The notes under the pieces: model-generated
The model's database searches: none
What the model saw: only the letters and a program-made list of their open reading frames with translations
Told to the model about the DNA's origin: nothing
From: Yuukianura sp. NJ FZ-2021
Taxonomy: Eukaryota
DNA: 64,000 bases
Direction of reading: 5' to 3'
Assembly: GCA_046563655.1 (NCBI GenBank)
Contig: CM102290.1
Span: 10,106,001-10,170,000 of the forward strand
Program-made: the position numbers and the translations under genes
Shown here: piece by piece, positions 24,701 to 35,800 of the stretch
Position numbering within the stretch: the first letter of the stretch is position 1
Layout: each line of letters starts with the position of its first letter

Positions 24701-27700
24701 CCAAATCCAATCCATTCACTTCCTGCTCAAACCGTATAACTCCATTTTCAATTCGGACCGGTGCAGACGTCTTGAATGTTTTAGTAAAAGTCTGTTGATC
24801 ACGATCTGTTCGAAGAACGTGGTTGTCGACGTAGCTAAGTAGAACATCATTGAGTTTCTTAATATCGCAACTTTCCCGAGCTATAACGTTTCCTACAATC
24901 TCTACGGGCTTTGAAGTCCGGAACGCCTTTGATAAGGACACACGTCGAGCAATCCAAGAATTGAAATCCAAGTCGGCAATGGTTCTACCCGCTCTGACAT
25001 CCAAATTGTCCAAAATTTCTGAAATAGTAACTTATGTTTCAATACGTTCAACTTGAACGGTTCAAGAGAAACGTTTTAAACATTTTGAAAGAAAAAGAAA
25101 ATCAAGAACTTACGCAGAGAACCAGTAGTAAAATCTTGAATTTCCATAGGACTTTTGAAAACTTGGTCCTTACGTCCCTTGATTACTGCTACTACATCTT
25201 CGAAATTCTGAATTCCATTAACAGGACCATCCACTTTCAGCTTGGAACAGTGTATTTCTTCAAATGTAAGTTTGGATGAAACGGTTCTGGCTTTGGAGAG
25301 ACGGAAAGCATCTCCTACAAGTTGCTTCAAATCCACTTTGTCGAAAGTACTGAGGGCATAGAGCGATGTAAAGCGCATGTCGCCCGTGAACGTCTTATCA
25401 CCCGTTACATTTTGTGGACCCGACAAACTAAAGATGTCTACCAACGGAACCCCATTAATTTCTCCCGACGTAATTTGCGCATCCAAGCCAGAAATCGACT
25501 TTTCAAAAGTCGTCGTGCCCTTAACCTTGACTTCACGGCCATCCTTGTAACAAAAACAAAACTCCATTAATACATATTTTGGTATTAAAAACCGATAGAA
25601 AAGACTTAAAAAGATAAATCAAAGCCTCACAAACGTCAAAAGGCCACCAAACAGTTCTTGAAACTTTTTGTAGTTGATGTTGTCAGTGACCTTGAGATTT
25701 TTAAACGTAACCGGTTGAAGGAACTCCACATCCGCATCAGGGAAATAGGATGACTTGTACTGGTCCAGGGTGTCCTTGTGCTTTAGTTCTTCCATTTTGA
25801 TTCCGTCGACGTAACCTTTCACAGTGACGTCATCTAAGAACACAGCCCCATCCTTCAGCGTCCATTTTCCTCTGATGGTATCATATTCAAGACGACTCAG
25901 CAGGTCAGCCGTTGCAATGCCATCTACAAGCCCTTCGACAACTACCTATAAACGTAAAGACAAGTTAATAATTTTTGTATAAGGAAAATAAGTCTTAACA
26001 TTTGGGTTTGACTTACTTTAGTAGCACTTAGGCGCGAAAATGTTTTGCTGCCCGATATTATGAGTCGCTTCTGTGCCGTAGTGACCAAATCATGTGGAAA
26101 TTTAAATTCGTTTAATGTTGAGTCAATGTGAAGCGAATCTGAAGATAGTAACCCTTTCAGCCGTTTCGCCCCTCGAATGAGTCCAGAAAAGTCTTGTGTG
26201 ATGATTGAGCGTAGGAAGGTGGCAAAGTCGACTCCGTTGATAGTTGTGATCTTGAGAGACCCCTCTGTGACAACATCCGTAAAACTGTAAGGTACTTCAA
26301 CTTTCTGCGTGGTTGACCGCAGAAGTAAGTTTTGAAACGTTTCTGTGGTGATATGGACGGAGTCGACAGGGTCAGTCAATGACGCTCCTTTGACGCTTAC
26401 AATCCCATCCACTAGTCTCACACCTTAGTAAACAAGTATTGTAGACTTTAGTACATAGAAGTTAGAAGCGCTAATTGCAAAATTACCTGAAACGTCGAAA
26501 GCACGAATGATTTGTTCTGCAAACCGAATTCCGTTCACTCTGGCAGGTTTCAAATCTCCACTGACCTTCACATGACTAAACTCAAAGTCACCGTAGAAAT
26601 GATTCTGTTTTCCAAGATGTGCAATATCCTTGACCAAGACTCCATTGAGCTTCGTTGTGAACAAATCTCCAATGCTCAATTCCCCGCTGAATCGAATAGC
26701 TGAGCTGTCAAGTTTGACTGACCTCTGGTATAGAAAGAGGCTTGCGAGGAATGCATCAATATCTTTCTGGTTGATACTGCGAGCGGTCAAGCTATCGACG
26801 GTCAGAGCAGTGGTAGTAAACGATCCAGTAATTGTTTGCTGAGCAGTTACAATTTCCACCTTGTCTGAATTAATAGGAATCGAGTCTTTAAGAATACGAT
26901 TAGCCTCTTCATCCAATTCGCGTAGCTGGTAGATTGCTCTGTCGAGGTCGGACAGTTTCGTGGTAAAATCAATATCAGCCCAATCAATTCCCAGCAATTT
27001 GAAAGAGTCGAATGGATTTCCTGGTACAGGTTTGTTCATATTTATGTTGAACGTTTTGGCGGTCAGGGTTCGCAGGTTCCATTTGCCAGTGATTTCATTG
27101 GACAATGTCCGTGATAGGGCATCGCTCAACGTTGCTTTCACACTTGAAACAACTGATTGCCACCTAAATTCCGGTTTGCCAAAACAAGATAAGAACGTTT
27201 CAATAGAGGGGTTGAGAATAAATCGAAACTCGACGATACACATGATTTAAATAGTAAGTAAGGTCAAGGTCCAACAATATGCGGCAGATGACGACATATA
27301 CCTTTTGTATCGCTGAAAAAGAGCCTTCATCTCGACAACCACGTCACTGGATTGCTTAAAGAGCGGTGACACAGACTCCTTCGTATACTTGGATATGACA
27401 AGCACCTCCGCCTGGTTGCTTGTCTCAGTCGACGGTAAAACATAGTATGAGACCTCATTGACGGTAAACCCAACGCCTTTTCCCAATGATGCTTTGGAGT
27501 AGCAGACATCTAAAAAAAAATTGAGAGAATTCAAGAAGCAGCTAATAAACCGGAAACGTTAACCTTATGTTATTACCGCTAGGGCATTTGAAGTCTTCAA
27601 CTGTGAACGAATGTCCGTCATACGCAAGGATCTCAATTTGTGCTGCATCCCTTCTCTTGCTAAGAACAAAGTGTTCGTCCCGGTAGTCCTCGACATTAAG

Positions 27701-29204
27701 AGCATGAAGCTCAGCGGCCTCTACCGAAGCAATCGCGCCTTCATTCGTGTACTGGTGGCCATTGAACCCAAAGAATTCAACCTTGGCCGTAGTTGATGCA
27801 GGGACAGAGGCAAGGTACTGCTTGTATGCAACTGAGAAGGAGACAAGCTGAGTTGAAGGATATGATAAGCTTATGATTTGCTGTTGAGTGTAGCGTCCGT
27901 TTTCGTTGTCATAACCGTATATTGTGATGGTCAAGTCAGAGGCAATGGCAATGTAAGATTCAGATCCCAAATCATAAACAGCGACATGACTGCTCCCATT
28001 CACTGGAAGACGTTGATGATACCTGTATAAATAGATAAGGTTTCCATAGATTACTGGCTTGACCTTCTGGATGAACGAATAAATTGAAGTTTCCAATGAG
28101 TTCTCATAATGCATTACTCAAATTCATTTTATTGTAATTTGCTTACCAAACTTGACTGGTACTGTTGAGAGCAATATTGTAGATATTCAGTGGAACATTA
28201 GGTTCGGATGGTACGACAATGATTTTCGTGGATGACCCGACGTGACAGTACTCCAAAGCCTTGATGTCATAATACAAAGGCCAGCCGTCGTTCACCTTGG
28301 TGATGACATCGTTTTCCAACTTGTAAATGACGATGCCCTTCGTCGTTGCAACGGGAATTACAATTTCAGGAAAACCAGCTTCGAAATTCCAACGAGAAAA
28401 AACTGTGAGGCTCACAAGCGGCTGACTTGAGTCTGAGAAAAGAAAAAAGGGGGGCGGGATAACAAAAATTTAGTTGATTAATATTCAAAATCAAGAAGTT
28501 AATGAAAGGCCTTATCAATGCGAAGTCTTACCAATGGATGATATTTTCTTAAGGTCAGATCCAAGGACATCGATAGATTTACTTGTGATCCCAATGATGT
28601 AATGATAGAATCCAACACGGGCATACTTCCACTGCAAATACTTCCCTGGAATCCACCGCTTCTCCACTTTTTCAACTCGAACAACTGAAATTACAGACAC
28701 CAAACCGCGACTGTTCAATTAAGCATACTAGGAATTTTGAAAATCGTTTGTCTCGATTCGCACGAAAATCCCAATTAGGATTAGTACTCATTTTTCAATA
28801 CACAAAACCCGATGATTTATGTAAACTTAATTCCAGGGTTTCGCTAGTACTCTAAAGTTTAGAGTACTAGCGAAACTTAGAGTCTAAACAGCTATGACCT
28901 GCGACTAAACAGCTACACGACTCCATAAGGTACCAATGGTACCGTACCATACTTACTACTGATCATTTGCGTTTCCCTCACCTTCTCTGCTAGTGGTGGT
29001 TGATGTCAGGGAATGCGGATGCCAGAATTCTGTCGGGTCAATGTCCGAGTACTTCTCGAAGAGTTCTTGGGTAATCAAGTCTGACGATGCGATGAGTTTG
29101 TCTTGTAGGATACTGGTAAGTGGCTCTAATTTAACCCCACCAACAGAAGATGTGACGAAAATGGTTACTACTATTAGCAACTGGACAACGTGGACAGTGT
29201 CCAT
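21724..29204 (-). CDS. Large secreted protein (~2000 aa, ~14 exons) resembling the closca/fs(1)polehole/Nasrat vitelline-membrane family, with EAR/EPTP-like ends and a repetitive central shaft
   Basis: Signal peptide MDTVHVVQLLIVVTIFVTSSVGG. Approximate exons: 29204-28982, 28685-28532, 28432-28147, 28023-27577, 27510-27302, 27163-26487, 26424-26037, 25945-25630, 25543-25114, 25018-24628, 24538-23566, 23488-22964, 22872-22177 and 22104-21724. EAR-like segments (YHQRLPVNGSSHVAVY, IYRYKGLSGFEQI, LYVWDPSKQQF) flank many QxIxGxKTF / INGV repeats. The gene structure is well supported; the family name is from memory of motifs. Confidence 0.7.
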
Positions 29205-31533
29205 GACGTTCCTCTTCTAGGACTCACGACTGACTGATGATAGAAGGTTAAGGAATGAACAAGACAGACTCAGAGGCATGAGGTTGAGGAGAGAGACGGA
29301 CTCCAAAACTGGCTTCCACAAACAAAGAAAAAAACGCGCAAAATTCAAAACGGAAAAAAAACTAATAATTATCATGTCTAAACTACTAATAGAATGTTAC
29401 AGGTGAGAGTGTGTGACTCGGTGATTTCTGCTTAGCGACTAATTGATTTGTTGATTTATATCGGCCCATTAGGCAGTATTGGAAAATTAACGGTGAGGTA
29501 ATTTTCCTACTAAACTTTTAACTTTTTCGAATTTGAAATTATGTTATTTAAAAAGAGTGATTTTCCTACTAAACTTTGAACTTTTTCGAATTTGAAATTA
29601 TGTTATTTAGAAAGAGTGATTTTCCTACTAAACTTTTAACTTTTTGGAATTTGAAATTATGTTATTTAGAAAGAGTGATTTTCCTACTAAACTTTTAACT
29701 TTTTGGAATTTGAAATTATGTTATTTAGAAAGAGTGATTTTCCTACTAAACTTTTAACTTTTTGGAATTTGAAATTATGTTATTTAGAAAGAGTGATTTT
29801 CCTACTAAACTTTTAACTTTTTGGAATTTGAAATTATGTTATTTAGAAAGAGTGATTTTCCTACTAAACTTTTAACTTTTTGGAATTTGAAATTATGTTA
29901 TTTAGAAAGAGTGATTTTCCTACTAAACTTTTAACTTTTTGGAATTTGAAATTATGTTATTTAGAAAGAGTGATTTTCCTACTAAACTTTTAACTTTTTG
30001 GAATTTCGAATTATGTTATTTAAAAAGAGTGATTTTCCTACTAAACTTTTAACTTTTTGGAATTTCGAATTATGTTATTTAAAAAGAGTGATTTTCCTAC
30101 TAAACTTTTAACTTTTTGGAATTTCGAATTATGTTATTTAAAAAGAGTGATTTTCCTACTAAACTTTTAACTTTTTGGAATTTCGAATTATGTTATTTAA
30201 AAAGAGTGATTTTCCTACTAAACTTTTAACTTTTTGGAATTTCGAATTATGTTATTCAAAAAGAGTGATTTTCCTACTAAACTTTTAACTTTTTGGAATT
30301 TCGAATTATGTTATTTAAAAAGAGTGATTTTCCTACTAAACTTTTAACTTTTTGGAATTTCGAATTATGTTATTTAAAAAGAGTGATTTTCCTACTAAAC
30401 TTTTAACTTTTTGGAATTTCGAATTATGTTATTTAAAAAGAGTGATTTTCCTACTAAACTTTTAACTTTTTGGAATTTCGAATTATGTTATTTAAAAAGA
30501 GTGATTTTCCTACTAAACTTTTAACTTTTTGGAATTTCGAATTATGTTATTTAAAAAGAGTGATTTTCCTACTAAACTTTTAACTTTTTGGAATTTCGAA
30601 TTATGTTATTTAAAAAGAGTGATTTTCCTACTAAACTTTTAACTTTTTGGAATTTCGAATTATGTTATTTAAAAAGAGTGATTTTCCTACTAAACTTTTA
30701 ACTTTTTGGAATTTCGAATTATGTTATTTAAAAAGAGTGATTTTCCTACTAAACTTTTAACTTTTTGGAATATCGAATTATGTTATTTAAAAAGAGTGAT
30801 TTTCCTACTAAACTTTTAACTTTTTGGAATATCGAATTATGTTATTTAAAAAGAGTGATTTTCCTACTAAACTTTTAACTTTTTGGAATTTCGAATTATG
30901 TTATTTAAAAAGAGTGATTTTCCTACTAAACTTTTAACTTTTTGGAATTTCGAATGATGTTATTTAAAAAGAGTGATTTTCCTACTAAACTTTTAACTTT
31001 TTGGAATTTCGAATTATGTTATTTAAAAAGAGTGATTTTCCTACTAAACTTTTAACTTTTTGGAATTTCGAATTATGTTATTTAAAAAGAGTGATTTTCC
31101 TACTAAGAGAATGTTTTGTGAGACGTTACACGTAACCCGAGCTCCCGACAAACTCATTTTTTTAGCAGTGAAATAATCGACCTACCTGCAAGTGACATAC
31201 ATCAAAACACTCGGAATTCGCTACTGCATCGACTGAAATCAAAGACTCACCGTTTGGAATCGGTTAACAACACTTAATGGTAAAAACAACTTCCACTATT
31301 CTTAATCAGCTGAGACTAATCGGATCGACACCCCACCTGCTTCAATACCTCTGTATAAGCCGGCGAACAAGTTAAAAGTCACCTAGATCATCCAGTAGTA
31401 AGTCCGCTATCCAAATCACTTGTAACTATAACTGACTTGACCCTGTTAACAGCAAATTAATCGGTTAACACGTCAAATCTGACATTTCTGTCGTTTCCGA
31501 GGTTTGGTCACTCTCCACCCTCTTCCCTAATTT

Positions 31534-31665
31534 CCCGATTCAGGGAACCCTACCTAATCCTCTGACAACCTAAAATCCCGATTCAGGGAACCCTGCCTAA
31601 TCCTCCGACAACCTAAAATCCCGATTCTGGGAACACTATCTAATCCTCCGACAAGCAGATATCTC
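31534..31665 (+). repeat. 43-bp tandem repeat x3 in the 5'UTR of the retroelement
   Basis: CCCGATTCAGGGAACCCT(A/G)CCTAATCCTC(T/C)GACAACCTAAAAT starts at 31534, 31577 and 31620. Confidence 0.9.
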
Positions 31666-31721
31666 ATCTTCTCAATCCTCGCATCCCGCGTTTAAATCTC
31701 CGATTCAGGAGTTACCTTGAA

Positions 31722-32005
31722 AATTTCCAATTTAAGGAATTCTCACTTCAGAGACTTGGCAAAAACAATTTCCAATTGAGGAATTCTCGCTTCAGAGATT
31801 TGTCAATATACAATTTCCAATTAAGGAATTCTCACTTCAGAGATTTGGCAAAAACAATTTCCAATTAAGGAATTCTCACTTCAGAGATTTATCAAAACAA
31901 TTTCCAGTTAAGGAATTCTCAATTCAGAGATTTTTCAAAAACAATTTCCAATTAAGGAATTCTCAATTCAGAGATCTGTCAAAAAACAATAACCAGTTAA
32001 GCAAT
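31722..32005 (+). repeat. ~44-bp tandem repeat x6 plus a partial copy in the 5'UTR of the retroelement
   Basis: AATTTCCAATTAAGGAATTCTCACTTCAGAGATTTGGCAAAAAC starts at ~31722, 31767, 31812, 31856, 31899 and 31943. Confidence 0.92.
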
Positions 32006-32031
32006 TCTTTGAAAGATTGATTGAAAAATTG

Positions 32032-32826
32032 ATGCCGATCTCACGTTCCCCCGTGTCACAAAACATGTCTCAAACCACTCTTTCGTTCCTCCCACAAAAC
32101 AAAGGAAGCAAACGACCTGCCGAATCGGAACCTAATAACGGAAACGAACCATGCTCAAAAAGATCAAATGTCTCGAATGAAGATCTAATGGCGGCAATGA
32201 CAAAACTGATTGACAGAACTGAAAAGATCGACGCAAAAATTGACACGAGATGTGACTCCATCGAACTCAAACTAGAGAAATACCAAGAGCAAATTGAAGA
32301 ATTACAAACGAAAACTGATCAGCAACAAAAAGAAATTGATCAACTAAAAAAGCTTAACTCCCGCCTCACAGATGAACTAAGACGTAACAACGTTCTGATC
32401 CACGGAGTTCCAGAAGTTGCAAATGAAAACACAACAAACATTACCAACGGCTTCTTCAACCATTACCAAGTCCGAGTTAATGTAGAAGATGCATTTAGGA
32501 TTGGAAAGTTTAACCCGACCTCTGATAAACCACGCCCGATTAAGGTTCGCCTGTCTTCCTTTGCGCAACGCGGACAAGCACTCCAGCTGCGGAAGAAACT
32601 CCTTCAAGACAAAGATGTGTGCTCCATTACCGAAGACCTGACCATTGAAACCAGAACTGAAAGACGAAAGATATGGGAATCACGACAAAACGGTCAAGGA
32701 AATCGTCCCCGCGCACCCTCGCCAAAAGACAAACGTAACGCAAAACAAACTGAACCTAGGACACATCAACTCCCACCCAGTACATCAAACTACGTATCCT
32801 TCAGGAACAGGGCAGCGATAACATAA
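32032..32826 (+). CDS. LINE ORF1p-like protein (coiled coil + RRM + CTD, L1 ORF1/Transposase_22-like), 264 aa from the first ATG
   Basis: Intronless and uninterrupted. It has a heptad coiled coil (LKLEKYQEQIEELQTKTDQQQKEIDQLKKLNSRL), then the ORF1 motifs RRNNVLIHGVPE, AFRIGK...PRPIKVRL and ITEDLT...RR. Confidence 0.88.
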   Translation: MPISRSPVSQNMSQTTLSFLPQNKGSKRPAESEPNNGNEPCSKRSNVSNEDLMAAMTKLIDRTEKIDAKIDTRCDSIELKLEKYQEQIEELQTKTDQQQKEIDQLKKLNSRLTDELRRNNVLIHGVPEVANENTTNITNGFFNHYQVRVNVEDAFRIGKFNPTSDKPRPIKVRLSSFAQRGQALQLRKKLLQDKDVCSITEDLTIETRTERRKIWESRQNGQGNRPRAPSPKDKRNAKQTEPRTHQLPPSTSNYVSFRNRAAIT

Positions 32827-35800
32827 CCCCCCCCCCTTTTCTCGCTCTACAGAATTCAGACGGTTCACAACTCCACGCAAAATTTTGGAATACTCCCATT
32901 CTACGATTAACTGAACAGAATCAATCTCAACCCTAGATCCTCCCATACACCCGCAAACCCTTGATTTTACTGTAACCCGCGAACCCCTTTCTCAATTAAC
33001 TTAAATTAATAACTCAAACTTTAACTCTACTTTAACCGTATTTTACCGTATCTTACCGTACTTTTAAATTACTAAATTCGAAATCTCAATTCATACTAAA
33101 CTGTATCTTGATAGGGCAATTGCCAATGTCAAATAAACTAATTGAATTGAATTGAATTGAATTTTCCTACTAAACTTTTAACTTTTTGGAATTTCGAATT
33201 ATGTTATTTAAAAAGAGTGATTTTCCTACTAAACTTTTAACTTTTTGGAATTTCGAATTATGTTATTTAAAAAGAGTGATTTTCCTACTAAACTTTTAAC
33301 TTTTTGGAATTTCGAATTATGTTATTTAAAAAGAGTGATTTTCCTACTAAACTTTTAACTTTTTGGAATTTCGAATTATGTTATTTAAAAAGAGTGATTT
33401 TCCTACTAAACTTTTAACTTTTTGGAATTTCGAATTATGTTATTTAAAAAGAGTGATTTTCCTACTAAACTTTTAACTTTTTGGAATTTCGAATTATGTT
33501 ATTTAAAAAGAGTGATTTTCCTACTAAACTTTTAACTTTTTGGAATTTCGAATTATGTTATTTAAAAAGAGTGATTTTCCTACTAAACTTTTAACTTTTT
33601 GGAATTTCGAATTATGTTATTTAAAAAGAGTGATTTTCCTACTAAACTTTTAACTTTTTGGAATTTCGAATTATGTTATTTAAAAAGAGTGATTTTCCTA
33701 CTAAACTTTTAACTTTTTGGAATTTCGAATTATGTTATTTAAAAAGAGTGATTTTCCTACTAAACTTTTAACTTTTTGGAATTTCGAATTATGTTATTTA
33801 AAAAGAGTGATTTTCCTACTAAACTTTTAACTTTTTGGAATTTCGAATTATGTTATTTAAAAAGAGTGATTTTCCTACTAAACTTTTAACTTTTTGGAAT
33901 TTCGAATTATGTTATTTAAAAAGAGTGATTTTCCTACTAAACTTTTAACTTTTTGGAATTTCGAATTATGTTATTTAAAAAGAGTGATTTTCCTACTAAA
34001 CTTTTAACTTTTTGGAATTTCGAATTATGTTATTTAAAAAGAGTGATTTTCCTACTAAACTTTTAACTTTTTGGAATTTCGAATTATGTTATTTAAAAAG
34101 AGTGATTTTCCTACTAAACTTTTAACTTTTTGGAATTTCGAATTATGTTATTTAAAAAGAGTGATTTTCCTACTAAACTTTTAACTTTTTGGAATTTCGA
34201 ATTATGTTATTTAAAAAGAGTGATTTTCCTACTAAACTTTTAACTTTTTGGAATTTCGAATTATGTTATTTAAAAAGAGTGATTTTCCTACTAAACTTTT
34301 AACTTTTTGGAATTTCGAATTATGTTATTTAAAAAGAGTGATTTTCCTACTAAACTTTTAACTTTTTGGAATTTCGAATTATGTTATTTAAAAAGAGTGA
34401 TTTTCCTACTAAACTTTTAACTTTTTGGAATTTCGAATTATGTTATTTAAAAAGAGTGATTTTCCTACTAAACTTTTAACTTTTTGGAATTTCGAATTAT
34501 GTTATTTAAAAAGAGTGATTTTCCTACTAAACTTTTAACTTTTTGGAATTTCGAATTATGTTATTTAAAAAGAGTGATTTTCCTACTAAACTTTTAACTT
34601 TTTGGAATTTCGAATTATGTTATTTAAAAAGAGTGATTTTCCTACTAAACTTTTAACTTTTTGGAATTTCGAATTATGTTATTTAAAAAGAGTGATTTTC
34701 CTACTAAACTTTTAACTTTTTGGAATTTCGAATTATGTTATTTAAAAAGAGTGATTTTCCTACTAAACTTTTAACTTTTTGGAATTTCGAATTATGTTAT
34801 TTAAAAAGAGTGATTTTCCTACTAAACTTTTAACTTTTTGGAATTTCGAATTATGTTATTTAAAAAGAGTGATTTTCCTACTAAACTTTTAACTTTTTGG
34901 AATTTCGAATTATGTTATTTAAAAAGAGTGATTTTCCTACTAAACTTTTAACTTTTTGGAATTTCGAATTATGTTATTTAAAAAGAGTGATTTTCCTACT
35001 AAACTTTTAACTTTTTGGAATTTCGAATTATGTTATTTAAAAAGAGTGATTTTCCTACTAAACTTTTAACTTTTTGGAATTTCGAATTATGTTATTTAAA
35101 AAGAGTGATTTTCCTACTAAACTTTTAACTTTTTGGAATTTCGAATTATGTTATTTAAAAAGAGTGATTTTCCTACTAAACTTTTAACTTTTTGGAATTT
35201 CGAATTATGTTATTTAAAAAGAGTGATTTTCCTACTAAACTTTTAACTTTTTGGAATTTCGAATTATGTTATTTAAAAAGAGTGATTTTCCTACTAAACT
35301 TTTAACTTTTTGGAATTTCGAATTATGTTATTTAAAAAGAGTGATTTTCCTACTAAACTTTTAACTTTTTGGAATTTCGAATTATGTTATTTAAAAAGAG
35401 TGATTTTCCTACTAAACTTTTAACTTTTTGGAATTTCGAATTATGTTATTTAAAAAGAGTGATTTTCCTACTAAACTTTTAACTTTTTGGAATTTCGAAT
35501 TATGTTATTTAAAAAGAGTGATTTTCCTACTAAACTTTTAACTTTTTGGAATTTCGAATTATGTTATTTAAAAAGAGTGATTTTCCTACTAAACTTTTAA
35601 CTTTTTGGAATTTCGAATTATGTTATTTAAAAAGAGTGATTTTCCTACTAAACTTTTAACTTTTTGGAATTTCGAATTATGTTATTTAAAAAGAGTGATT
35701 TTCCTACTAAACTTTTAACTTTTTGGAATTTCGAATTATGTTATTTAAAAAGAGTGATTTTCCTACTAAACTTTTAACTTTTTGGAATTTCGAATTATGT

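Larger units (their letters stand above)
31107..33160 (+). mobile_element. Non-autonomous non-LTR retroelement carrying ORF1 only (CR1/L2-like 3' end)
   Basis: 13-bp TSD ATTTTCCTACTAA (31094-31106 and 33161-33173). The 3' end has a stem-loop at 33108-33132, AATAAA at 33132-33137 and an (ATTGA)4 tail at 33141-33160. One ORF1-type ORF and no RT or endonuclease. Confidence 0.9.

Noticed and set aside
31534..32005. Short regular repeats next to an ORF, superficially CRISPR-like
   Set aside because: The units are head-to-tail with no unique spacers, there are no cas genes, and the context is eukaryotic.
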